Source of the DNA: Candidatus Micrarchaeota archaeon
GTDB lineage: Archaea > Micrarchaeota > Micrarchaeia > Anstonellales > Bilamarchaeaceae
Length of the DNA stretch: 26,023 bases
Assembly: GCA_018304385.1 (NCBI GenBank)
Contig: JAGVWJ010000034.1
Location: 1 to 26,023 of the forward strand
Reading direction: 5' to 3'
Positions 1 to 8,324 of the stretch are shown here, piece by piece (the first letter of the stretch is position 1; the number at the start of each line of letters is the position of its first letter). The translations under genes and the position numbers were made by a program. The notes beneath the pieces were generated by a model. That model saw nothing but the letters and a program-made list of their open reading frames with translations, was not told where the DNA came from and ran no database searches.

Positions 1-1591
1 CTGAATCCGAGTATGCAGCAATGATAAAACCAAGTGCATTAAAAACAATCATCATTAGCACGCCAACAATTACTAAATAAGAAATTGCTTCATAATTATC
101 AATGGAAAATGCATTATACAAAAGCGATGCCATTGCTAATAATATCACAAGCTGCGGAAACAACACAATTGCATAGCTAACTATCTTTATCGCAGCATAC
201 TCGATTGAAGAAATCTGGGATATAAATACGCGCTCGAGCGTGCCAGCTGTCTTTTCTCGCACGAGCGAGGTTGATGATAAGAAAAGCGATAGGAACATAA
301 GTATAATTGGAATTAATCCGGGCAATAGAAATTCAAAAAATGTTTTCTTTTCAAAAACATTAGCAGTATTCAGATCAATCGGTGAAACAACTGCCTGTGG
401 TCGCCGTGCAGTTATCTCTTTTATTTGTTGCTTAGCATTATCTATCAAAGAGCTCATCTGGTCTGTTCTTTCCAAAAGTAGCTCGCTGGCATCAAGTGCT
501 TCATTTAGCGTTATCAATGCATCTCTTCTATTTTCCTGCAGTGTTTCAACAAACCTATTCAAATCATTTATTCTCAAATTTGCATTATCAGCAGCAACAA
601 GGCTTTCATTTATTCTTCCCTTAAACTCCTGTACAGTCTGGTTTGTATCATTTAATTCTTGCCTCGCTAATCTTATTTTGAATAATCTATCATCTACGCT
701 GGTCTTAACATTGCCAATACTGGCATTAATTGCATTAACAGATCCACATACACTTGCATTATCACTAGCAGTGCAGTTTAGCAGTGAGGATGTATTAGAT
801 ACGCTTATTGCGACATCATCCACTAGAATACTTATATTCAATAAATCGTTTTCTGATTGAATAAGCGCTTTATCATAATTTGCAAACCTACTTTCTATTG
901 CAGTTAAGTTTTCATTTGCACTATTAAGTGAGGCAACAGTTTGATCCACAGTTTGACTGGCTCCGTCTAGTGCATTAGTCATTATACTAAAATCAATAGA
1001 TTCTAGTTGGTCTTTTGTTTGTGTTAATTTTACAGTTATATCATTAGCCTTAGTTTTTGCATCACTTACATCATTTTTTAATCCATCCAAGCGGGCATCT
1101 GCCTCTTCTAATTTTTTCCATATCACTGAAACATACTCAATGCTTATTCTCTGGCTTGAAGAGCTTGCAGACGCCTTGAAGAAACCTTCTATAGAAGGTG
1201 CAGTTTGTATTCGCGTGTTATCCAAAATCAGTTTTATTTCTTGTACTTCGCCTTTTTTAATTCCTTGCTCAAATCCTTGCGGGAGCACAACTGCTGCAGG
1301 CAACTTTCCAGTTGCTACCAGGTGCTGCGCTAGCGTATTACAATTTTCATTATCTGATATGTCTACTATTTTGGACGTTTCTATGCCTGCAATAAAATCC
1401 TTCGAAAGGTTTGTTTTGTCCAAATCACAAAACCCTATTTTTATATTTAGCTTTGGATCACCAGTAGTTTTTCCAAACACAGCACTTAGCACGAGCATGA
1501 TTATTATTGGCACAACAATTAGTAACGTGACAGTTCTTCCTTCACGATAGAATATTTTTGCATCTTTTTCAATTTCATTTAGTAGTCTCAT
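1..1591 (-). CDS. ABC-2 type transporter permease with a large coiled-coil extracellular domain (YhgE/Pip-like); runs off the window edge
   Basis: Not in the ORF track because it is truncated. Read by hand from ATG 1591: MRLLNEIEKDAKIFYREGRTVTLLIVVPIIIMLVLSAVFG (TM), then a long heptad-rich helical region, then FFEFLFPGLIPIILMFLSLFLSSTSLVREKTAGTLERVFIS (typical ABC-2 VREK..GTLER motif) and further TM helices. The start overlaps the end of the upstream ATPase. Confidence 0.9.
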   Translation of the reverse strand, partial: MRLLNEIEKDAKIFYREGRTVTLLIVVPIIIMLVLSAVFGKTTGDPKLNIKIGFCDLDKTNLSKDFIAGIETSKIVDISDNENCNTLAQHLVATGKLPAAVVLPQGFEQGIKKGEVQEIKLILDNTRIQTAPSIEGFFKASASSSSQRISIEYVSVIWKKLEEADARLDGLKNDVSDAKTKANDITVKLTQTKDQLESIDFSIMTNALDGASQTVDQTVASLNSANENLTAIESRFANYDKALIQSENDLLNISILVDDVAISVSNTSSLLNCTASDNASVCGSVNAINASIGNVKTSVDDRLFKIRLARQELNDTNQTVQEFKGRINESLVAADNANLRINDLNRFVETLQENRRDALITLNEALDASELLLERTDQMSSLIDNAKQQIKEITARRPQAVVSPIDLNTANVFEKKTFFEFLLPGLIPIILMFLSLFLSSTSLVREKTAGTLERVFISQISSIEYAAIKIVSYAIVLFPQLVILLAMASLLYNAFSIDNYEAISYLVIVGVLMMIVFNALGFIIAAYSDS

Positions 1592-2525
1592 TCTTTGCAC
1601 CTTTTAATCCAGCACCAGTCAGCTTGATGAAAGCATCTTCTAGTGTTGCTTGCGAAACTCGTAAGTCTATTATATTCTCATTATTTTCATTTAGCATGCG
1701 TGTTATTGCGCCTATTTTTGATGCTGCATTTTTCGCTTCAATCAAAAGTTCTTCATTCGCAACTGTCACGTGCTTCACTCCTTCAATTTTTTCAATATTC
1801 TGAATTATCTTTTGATAATTACCAGGAGTGCTTTTCACGCGCAAAAACTCCTTTCCAATAATTGATTTTAGTTTTTCTGGTGTACCTGTTCTTACTATAT
1901 GTCCCCGATTTACAAACGATATCTGATCGCATAGCGTCTCAGCCTCTTCCATATAATGTGTTGTTAACAGGATAGTTGCCTTTTCTTTCTCCTTTATACT
2001 ACGTACTACGTTCCACATTCTTATTCTAGAAATAGGGTCCAATCCAGTTGTTGGTTCATCGAGAATTATTATTTTTGGTTTATGCATCAGCGCGCATGCT
2101 AGGTTCAAGCGCCGTTTCATACCACCGCTTAGCCATGCTGCCTGGACATTTTTCTTTTCTCCTAATCCAAGCATATCCAATAGTTCATCAGCGCGTTTTT
2201 CTGATTCATTTCTTTTCATTCCATAAAGTTCTGCATAGTAAATCAAATTCTCAAAACAAGTCAGCAGATTATGAAAACTATTTTCTTGTGGCGCAACTCC
2301 AATGGTTTTCCTGATTTTTTTACCAGGTACCTCACCAAGAATTTTTAATTCGCCGCTATCCTGGCGCTCAAGCCCTGCAAGTATTCTTATAAATGTGCTT
2401 TTACCTGCGCCATTCGGTCCAAGTAATCCATAAATCTCACCAGCAGGTATCCTTATCGAGAAATTATACAGCGTAATCTTTTTTGGATAGGTCTTTTCCA
2501 AATCATTTGCTTCTATAGCGTACAT
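1575..2525 (-). CDS. ABC-2 type exporter ATP-binding subunit (DrrA/CcmA-like)
   Basis: Walker A GPNGAGKST, signature LSGGMKRR, Walker B IIILDEPT and H-loop TTHY are all present, plus a C-terminal DUF4162-like tail ending TLEDAFIKLTG. Confidence 0.95.
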   Translation of the reverse strand: MYAIEANDLEKTYPKKITLYNFSIRIPAGEIYGLLGPNGAGKSTFIRILAGLERQDSGELKILGEVPGKKIRKTIGVAPQENSFHNLLTCFENLIYYAELYGMKRNESEKRADELLDMLGLGEKKNVQAAWLSGGMKRRLNLACALMHKPKIIILDEPTTGLDPISRIRMWNVVRSIKEKEKATILLTTHYMEEAETLCDQISFVNRGHIVRTGTPEKLKSIIGKEFLRVKSTPGNYQKIIQNIEKIEGVKHVTVANEELLIEAKNAASKIGAITRMLNENNENIIDLRVSQATLEDAFIKLTGAGLKGAKNETTK

Positions 2526-2581
2526 AAATAGATTTTACTCTTGGGATTTTAAAAATCATATAACTATCCTTAACCTTTAGA

Positions 2582-2589
2582 TTTATAAA
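2582..2589 (+). promoter_or_regulatory. TATA box (TTTATAAA) for a probably leaderless transcript starting near 2613
   Basis: It lies 23 nt before ATG 2613. The same or a near-identical octamer sits 22 nt before the ATGs at 9572(-), 18683, 21455(-) and 23674. Confidence 0.65.
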
Positions 2590-2612
2590 CACATAATTCC
2601 TAATTATATAAC

Positions 2613-3446
2613 ATGAGAAGATTGAGTAAACCTGCTATTGGCAGTTGGCAGTTAGCTAGTGGCCACGAGCTAAAAGCTAATAGCCAAAGGCTAATGGCAA
2701 ACGATCCATTCAGAAGATTTAAACCAGAACCAACTCATGAAGTACGCAAAGTCAAAGCTACAGGAACAGAATTAGATAAATTAAGAGCAAGAAGGCGAAT
2801 GCTAAGAGAAATGACTCCAGAACAAGCATTACAGGTTATAGAATTTCGTCTCGAGAGGTTAAATTTCTTCGAAGCGCTTGCGTTAGCTCAAAGAGAAGGA
2901 AAATTAATTGTTCCAAATGATATTCATGACCGCATTTTAACAGAAACAAAAGATGGCGAATATTTTGAACAAAACTACAAGGTCCCAGTATGGACAGGGA
3001 CATTGGTTATGTATGAAAGACCAAACATTTCATTTGGAGATAAATTAGTTATTGGCTGGGAACACGGTAAAGATGGTTATTCTGTTTTATTCACAGTTCC
3101 AGAGCAATTCAGAGGAAAAACAAACTGCGCATTAGCAATAGTTCATCCAGACTTTGATATTTTAGATCTGGGAAATAAAAGATATAAAATAAAATTAGTA
3201 AAAGGAGCAAATATTCATTTAATAGAAAACTTCCCTAAAGTAGGAGGTAGTTGGCATATGCGCCATACTGAAACAGGAATCCCACAAAGTGAACCAGTCG
3301 AAAAATCAGATGAAGCTATACATTTATGGCGATTTAATACTGCGTCTATCGGTCCTGTTGCCCGTGACTACAACAGCTTCGTTGATGGGAAGTACATAGG
3401 TCTCAACGCCGCGCCGTCATGTGGTTACGAAATTGCGCTGTTTTAG
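2613..3446 (+). CDS. Hypothetical protein; candidate DGR target (C-type-lectin-fold-like) with a variable-region-like C-terminus
   Basis: 277-aa ORF with an alternative start at 2694. The C-terminus WRFNTASIGPVARDYNSFVDGKYIGLNAAPSCGYEIALF is encoded by a GC-rich stretch with runs of NNC codons. Confidence 0.6.
   Translation: MRRLSKPAIGSWQLASGHELKANSQRLMANDPFRRFKPEPTHEVRKVKATGTELDKLRARRRMLREMTPEQALQVIEFRLERLNFFEALALAQREGKLIVPNDIHDRILTETKDGEYFEQNYKVPVWTGTLVMYERPNISFGDKLVIGWEHGKDGYSVLFTVPEQFRGKTNCALAIVHPDFDILDLGNKRYKIKLVKGANIHLIENFPKVGGSWHMRHTETGIPQSEPVEKSDEAIHLWRFNTASIGPVARDYNSFVDGKYIGLNAAPSCGYEIALF
2638..2697. repeat. Imperfect heptamer tandem repeats arranged as an inverted pair (hairpin)
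   Basis: The left arm TTGGC-AG-TTGGC-AG-TTAGCT (2638-2657) pairs with the right arm AGCTAA-AA-GCTAA-TA-GCCAA (2668-2687), around a palindromic core GTGGCCAC. Confidence 0.7.
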
Positions 3447-3468
3447 TTTTCCACCGAAACATAAAACA
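3439..3468 (+). other. Stem-loop overlapping the stop codon of the DGR-target-like gene
   Basis: TGTTTTA (3439-3445) pairs with TAAAACA (3462-3468), and GTTT (3446-3449) pairs with AAAC (3457-3460). The loop is TCCACCG. Confidence 0.45.
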
Positions 3469-3553
3469 CTAAACAAACATGTCGCTCACATGTCAATACA
3501 AATTCATCTTTTTTTCCAATTCATTTATAATTTTTTCCTGAATAACATTCACT

Positions 3554-4873
3554 ATGAACAATAAGAATGGAACTAGCGATAGTGATCAGCAAAAACCGAA
3601 ATTAAAATTTCTTTTCGTTTCTTTCGAAGGGCTAATCGGAGATTTGGCATGGCAGATAAAAAAAGAAGGGCACGAGTGCAAATACTACATTAGAGATAAA
3701 AGTGAAAAGAATGTTTGTGATGGAGTTGTTGATAAGTGCGAAGACTGGAAAACAGAGGTTGATTGGGCAACAGTAATAGTTTTTGATGACATTGGTTTTG
3801 GCGAAGAGGCAGAGCGCCTGAGAAAACAAGGCAAACTTGTCATTGGCGGTAGCACTTATACAGATAAGTTAGAAGATGATCGCGAGTTCGGCCAAAATGA
3901 AATGAAAAGTGTCGGTATAAATATAATTTCTAATCAGAACTTTACTAATTTTGATGATGCAATAAAGTTTATAAAAGAAAACCCAGACCGATATGTAATA
4001 AAACCAAGTGGCAAAGCGCAAAATGAAAAAGAATTACTTTTCGTTGGCCAGGAAGAAGATGGAAATGACATACTAGAGATGCTCGAGCGCTATAAGAAAA
4101 ACTGGGGTAAGAAAATAAAAGAATTTCAATTGCAGAAATATGTTTCTGGTGTAGAAGTTGCGGTCGGTGCTTTTTTTGATGGCCAAGAGTTTGTTGGTTC
4201 GGTAAATGTAAATTTCGAGCATAAGAAATTATTTCCAGGTGATCTTGGTCCCAATACTGGCGAGCTAGGCACCTCCATATTCTGGAAAGATCGCAGTCCA
4301 ATTTTTGATGCAACGCTTGCAAAGTTTAAAGATAAGCTTGTGCAATGCGGTTATGTAGGATATATTGATATTAATTGTATTGTAAATGCTCGCGGCATAT
4401 ATCCACTCGAATCTACTTCAAGATTTGGTTATCCGCATATAAGTATAGCAATGGAAGGCGTGCTAAGTGAATGGGGCGAGTTTTTGTATAAATTAGCAAA
4501 AAAAGAGAAACCAGAACTAAAAACAAAGCGCGGTTTTCAAGTTGGCGTTGTTGTTGCAGTACCCCCCTTTCCATTTATGGATCCAGATTCGTTTAGAAAA
4601 TATTCAGAAGATGCTACAATTATTTTCAAAAAACCGAATTATGAAGGTGTGCACCTTGGCGATGTTAAATTTGTTGAAGATGATTGGAGATTAGCCGGTG
4701 AGAGCGGATACGCACTTATAATAACTGGTTCTGGATCAACAATGGATGAAGCAAGACAGCAAGCATATAATCGTGTTAAAAATATAATAATCCCTAATAT
4801 GTTTTATAGAACTGATATTGGAGAGCGCTGGCATCAGGATGGCGATAAATTGCAGACTTGGGGATATTTATAA
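3554..4873 (+). CDS. PurD-like (phosphoribosylamine-glycine ligase-like) ATP-grasp enzyme, divergent subfamily
   Basis: ATP-grasp features are present (YVIKPSG, LQKYVSGVE, GPNTGELG, GYIDIN, ESTSRFGYP), corresponding to PurD GPNTGGMG and EFNxRFGDPE. The N-terminus LFVSFEGLIGDLAW replaces the canonical GxGGREHAL. Confidence 0.8.
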   Translation: MNNKNGTSDSDQQKPKLKFLFVSFEGLIGDLAWQIKKEGHECKYYIRDKSEKNVCDGVVDKCEDWKTEVDWATVIVFDDIGFGEEAERLRKQGKLVIGGSTYTDKLEDDREFGQNEMKSVGINIISNQNFTNFDDAIKFIKENPDRYVIKPSGKAQNEKELLFVGQEEDGNDILEMLERYKKNWGKKIKEFQLQKYVSGVEVAVGAFFDGQEFVGSVNVNFEHKKLFPGDLGPNTGELGTSIFWKDRSPIFDATLAKFKDKLVQCGYVGYIDINCIVNARGIYPLESTSRFGYPHISIAMEGVLSEWGEFLYKLAKKEKPELKTKRGFQVGVVVAVPPFPFMDPDSFRKYSEDATIIFKKPNYEGVHLGDVKFVEDDWRLAGESGYALIITGSGSTMDEARQQAYNRVKNIIIPNMFYRTDIGERWHQDGDKLQTWGYL

Positions 4874-4908
4874 TTGGCAATGGGCAATCAGCCTTGAGCA
4901 ATGAGCAA
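4874..4908 (+). repeat. Five imperfect heptamer tandem repeats
   Basis: TTGGCAA TGGGCAA TCAGCCT TGAGCAA TGAGCAA fills the whole intergenic gap and includes ATG 4901. Confidence 0.65.
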
Positions 4909-5329
4909 GGTAGTAGTTGTGTATACTCAAATAAAATCTATTCTTAAAACATCCAAAACAATCGCAGTAGTTGGCTTAAGTGATAGAGCAGAACGCGACA
5001 GTTATGTTGTTGCTAAGTATCTGTACAATGCAGGTTATAGTATAATTCCGATTAATCCTAATATTAGCGAATGGAATGACATTAAAGCATATGCAAGCTT
5101 ACTCGATATTCCCAGTTCGATTAAAATTGACATTGTTGATATTTTTCGCAGAAGCGAGCTTGTTGAAGAGATCGTTGATCAAGCGCTTCAGATGAAAAAT
5201 AAACCTCGTGTAATTTGGCTGCAATTAGGAATAGAAAATGAAAAACCAGCTGAAAAAGCGCGAGCTGCCGGAATTTTAGTTATTCAGAATAGGTGTATTA
5301 GAATTGAACACGAGAAAATTATGGGATAG
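4901..5329 (+). CDS. CoA-binding domain protein (YccU-like)
   Basis: Family-typical motifs KTIAVVGLSD, IIPINP, IDIVDIFRRSE, VIWLQLGI and VIQNRCIRIEH. Confidence 0.92.
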   Translation: MSKVVVVYTQIKSILKTSKTIAVVGLSDRAERDSYVVAKYLYNAGYSIIPINPNISEWNDIKAYASLLDIPSSIKIDIVDIFRRSELVEEIVDQALQMKNKPRVIWLQLGIENEKPAEKARAAGILVIQNRCIRIEHEKIMG

Positions 5330-5331
5330 AA

Positions 5332-6450
5332 ATGAAGAAAATTATTATACCTGCCTTTATTATTCTACTATTCTTATTTACCTTAGGTTGCTCTAAACCA
5401 ATTGAGACTAAAGAAATTAAAAATGAAACAAATGTTACAAAGATTATTGAAACTAATAAAACTGAAAAAGTTGAAATAAAAAACACTACTGAGGAAAGCA
5501 ATATAGCTAATAACATAGTTATTAATGCCACGAATAAGACGGATTTTGTTATCAACACTACTGCTAATGTTAGTAAAAAGAAAGAAGAGCCAAAGGTAGC
5601 ACCTTTAAATTCTTCAATACCTAATATGGAAAAAATGATGAAGGAAGGTAAGTCCCCAGAAGATTTTATGAAAAATCTTCCGCCAGATTTTGACCCGTCA
5701 GCTATGGATCCAGCGAAAATGGATGATAAGATGAAACAATACATGAGCGATTTTTTCAATACACCTAAATTTGATCTATCAAAAAACGCCCCTCCAAAGT
5801 TTGTGAAAAATAATTTTATAGAACTAGATAGAATCGCCAAAATTTCAAAATTTCGTAGTGGCTATGGCCATGATTATTCTTTAGGAACAGGAGAAAAATG
5901 CCGTAGTATGAAGCATTATTTCTGGCCAAAGGGAGGAGAACCTGGAAAGCCACATGATTCTTCTTGGACTTCTATAAAATATTACTCACCAGTTGATGGT
6001 GTAATTAAAAACGTGGAATATACAGAGACTACATACGGAAAAGAGGCTAAGTTTTCCATTCAATCATCCGAGCAGCCAGCATTTCGTTTTATTTTTTTCC
6101 ATGTTAATCTTCTCAGTTCTTTTAAAGAAGGTAGTAAGGTTTCTGCTGGCCAGCATATTGGAACAATTGCAGATGAAAATTCACATGGAGAGATTGCAGT
6201 TGAAGTAGTTACAACTAGCGGCAGGGGACTTGTTTCATTTTTTGATGTTATGGATGATTCTTTATTTGAAAATTACAAGAAAAAAGGCATAAAAATCAGA
6301 TCTGATTCTATAATTTCCAAAGAACAAAGAGATGCAAAGCCATTAGTTTGCGATTATTCAACTCCAGATGGTAGATTTACCGGAGCTAGTGGCGTATCAG
6401 ATTTTAGGACATGGCAAACTGATTCGGATAATTGGTTCGAGCTGAACTAA
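5332..6450 (+). CDS. Predicted lipoprotein with an Asn/Thr-rich linker and a C-terminal M23/LytM-like (barrel-sandwich hybrid) domain
   Basis: Signal peptide and lipobox (MKKIIIPAFIILLFLFTLG-C), nine N-x-S/T sequons in the linker, and the segments YYSPVDGVI and FHVNLL..KEGSKVSAGQHIGTI that resemble M23-fold proteins. Confidence 0.6.
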   Translation: MKKIIIPAFIILLFLFTLGCSKPIETKEIKNETNVTKIIETNKTEKVEIKNTTEESNIANNIVINATNKTDFVINTTANVSKKKEEPKVAPLNSSIPNMEKMMKEGKSPEDFMKNLPPDFDPSAMDPAKMDDKMKQYMSDFFNTPKFDLSKNAPPKFVKNNFIELDRIAKISKFRSGYGHDYSLGTGEKCRSMKHYFWPKGGEPGKPHDSSWTSIKYYSPVDGVIKNVEYTETTYGKEAKFSIQSSEQPAFRFIFFHVNLLSSFKEGSKVSAGQHIGTIADENSHGEIAVEVVTTSGRGLVSFFDVMDDSLFENYKKKGIKIRSDSIISKEQRDAKPLVCDYSTPDGRFTGASGVSDFRTWQTDSDNWFELN

Positions 6451-6516
6451 CCCATAAAGATCAATAACCCTCATCTACCCGAAAGCATTATAAAATGTTG
6501 CCAATACCATATAAGT

Positions 6517-7188
6517 ATGGCTTTATCCTTAAGGTTATTCGGTGGAGCACGATCAGAAAAGGTTTTAATAGGCGTAGCTCATGCAAATAGGGTTGAACTT
6601 ACTAGACTGCAACATGAATTGAATAGGAGAAAACCAAAAAGTGTTGGTCTAGAACTGAGAGAAGATTATGATACGGCTTTTACTAAAGTAGGATTCTTTG
6701 GGGATTTATATACTTATTTAAGAACGATTGGTATTCCAGTAGTATTGTTAGAAAACCCTGACCTGTGGAATGAATATAAATCAGTCGAGCTTATAAAAAT
6801 GATGCACGAAGGTTCAATCACAATTGCACAGATAGAATCAGAACTTGCAGCAGTTGCCCATAGGCTAAAAGGTCATTTATATTTACCTCCTGAGGTGGGC
6901 ATGCCACTAGAAAATGCAAAAAGAAGATTCGAAAGGGCGCTAGCCATAAACACGGAACGTCCAACTCAAGAAGCATTAATGAGGTTTTGGAGTGAGATAA
7001 TTTCAAGAAGGAGTGAATACTTTGTAAAAATAATTCTTGATGCCATACCGGATATAGTTGTAGTTGGGCTAGGTCATGCATTACAAATGGAAGAGAAATT
7101 ACATGGAAGGTATAAATTGGAAAAGTTCTCTGGAGAAATGCCAACTGAAATACCTAGAACTACAAGAGGTGGTAACGATCTTTTATAA
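6517..7188 (+). CDS. Hypothetical protein, weakly TraB/PrgY-like
   Basis: 223-aa ORF with VLIGVAH near the N-terminus, VGLEL, and a C-terminal VVVGLGHA that resembles the TraB-family VVGAGH motif. Confidence 0.55.
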   Translation: MALSLRLFGGARSEKVLIGVAHANRVELTRLQHELNRRKPKSVGLELREDYDTAFTKVGFFGDLYTYLRTIGIPVVLLENPDLWNEYKSVELIKMMHEGSITIAQIESELAAVAHRLKGHLYLPPEVGMPLENAKRRFERALAINTERPTQEALMRFWSEIISRRSEYFVKIILDAIPDIVVVGLGHALQMEEKLHGRYKLEKFSGEMPTEIPRTTRGGNDLL

Positions 7189-7191
7189 AAA

Positions 7192-8304
7192 TTAGTCATT
7201 AATAATTGAATGATAAAACATCTTATAATCGCCATCTGGTAGTTTGACAACAGCCGGTGATTCAACGCTTTCCTCGCTTGTGCTTGCTTCTAACCTTAAG
7301 CCTTCTTCCTGCCAATTTGTTCCATCACTTGAAAATGCAGAATAAATGCTTGCCTTAGGTTGCATGCCACTAGATTTATGATAATACATTCTGTATCCAT
7401 TTGAAACTTTAATGGTGTTTGATACACTTCCCATAAATGGAAGCTCATCTTGTTTTGTGAATTTTAAACCATCACTAGAAGTTGCCATTATATTGCGCGG
7501 CCCATTTGAAATAAACATAATCCATTTATTTGCAATAAATATATCTGCATCTGTTGAACCTTGCTCTTTAGCATATGCTACTGTTTGATTCTCAAATATT
7601 ATCCCATTATCAGAGAATGCAACATCAATGGAGGCAAGCTGTGCTCCTGGGCTCTCGAAATTAGTATAATATATTCTATATACGCCATTGGTTAAAACAA
7701 CATCTGGATCCGCACCTACAAATCCTTGTTTTAATTTTACACGATAATACTTCCACGCGCTATTAGCGTTTATCGCTACTGTAACGCCCCTATTTTTCCA
7801 ATCAACATAATAAACGCGGATATTTCCATCCTTATCTATAATTGCATCTGGTACGCTTGCTTGGTCAGCTAATGCAAAGTTATCTTTAGCCCAAGTTAGC
7901 CCATCTTTTGAAGTTGCACTTTTTATTCTATGCTTCCACGGGCCATTATCTCCACCTTGGCCAGGCAGTGCCTTACCTAATCCTTTTCCAGGTGTTACCT
8001 CTTCAAGTTGTTCTGTTCTTATTTGGGGTGGCATTGCTGGTGGTTGCTTTGGGGGTTTTGGTTGAGGTGGAGGTAACGGTGGTTGTTTTGGTTCAGCTGG
8101 TTCTGGTGTTTTTGGAGGTAATGGTTGTGGCGGCTCAGTTGGTTGAATTGGTTGGTCAGCTGGAGGCTGCGGTAGTTTAGGTGGTTCTGTAGTTGGGGTA
8201 GGTGTTGGTTGTGATGCGGGTGGTTGTTGAGGGACAGGAGATTGCTGCGAGGCGCAGCCAAAAATCAGAATTGATAAAATAAATAAAATAATTATTAAAC
8301 GCAT
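7192..8304 (-). CDS. Predicted lipoprotein with a Pro/Gln-rich stalk and a glycoside-hydrolase-like beta-propeller (GH43/32/130-like)
   Basis: Lipobox LIFG-C, a ~75-aa P/Q/T/E-rich linker, repeated Asp-box-like motifs (SKDGLTW, SDNGIIF, SSDGLKF, SSDGTNW) and blade motifs SVPDA, ADPDVV, ESPAVV and RIYY/RMYY/KMFY. Confidence 0.75.
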   Translation of the reverse strand: MRLIIILFILSILIFGCASQQSPVPQQPPASQPTPTPTTEPPKLPQPPADQPIQPTEPPQPLPPKTPEPAEPKQPPLPPPQPKPPKQPPAMPPQIRTEQLEEVTPGKGLGKALPGQGGDNGPWKHRIKSATSKDGLTWAKDNFALADQASVPDAIIDKDGNIRVYYVDWKNRGVTVAINANSAWKYYRVKLKQGFVGADPDVVLTNGVYRIYYTNFESPGAQLASIDVAFSDNGIIFENQTVAYAKEQGSTDADIFIANKWIMFISNGPRNIMATSSDGLKFTKQDELPFMGSVSNTIKVSNGYRMYYHKSSGMQPKASIYSAFSSDGTNWQEEGLRLEASTSEESVESPAVVKLPDGDYKMFYHSIIND

Positions 8305-8324
8305 GTTGAAATAAAAACTACAAA

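Noticed and set aside
240-1550. Plus-strand ORFs 240-860, 1140-1550 and 1558-1803
   Set aside because: They are antisense shadows of the minus-strand permease and ATPase, which carry the recognisable motifs.
5319-5840. 173-aa hydrophobic minus-strand ORF
   Set aside because: It is the antisense mirror of the Lys/Asn/Glu-rich lipoprotein linker; AAA/GAA codons read as Phe/Leu on the other strand.
7908-8261. Val/Leu-rich and Asn/His/Gln-rich ORFs, and a possible DNA tandem repeat
   Set aside because: These are alternate frames of the Pro-rich stalk. I found low complexity but no exact repeat unit or CRISPR-like spacing.
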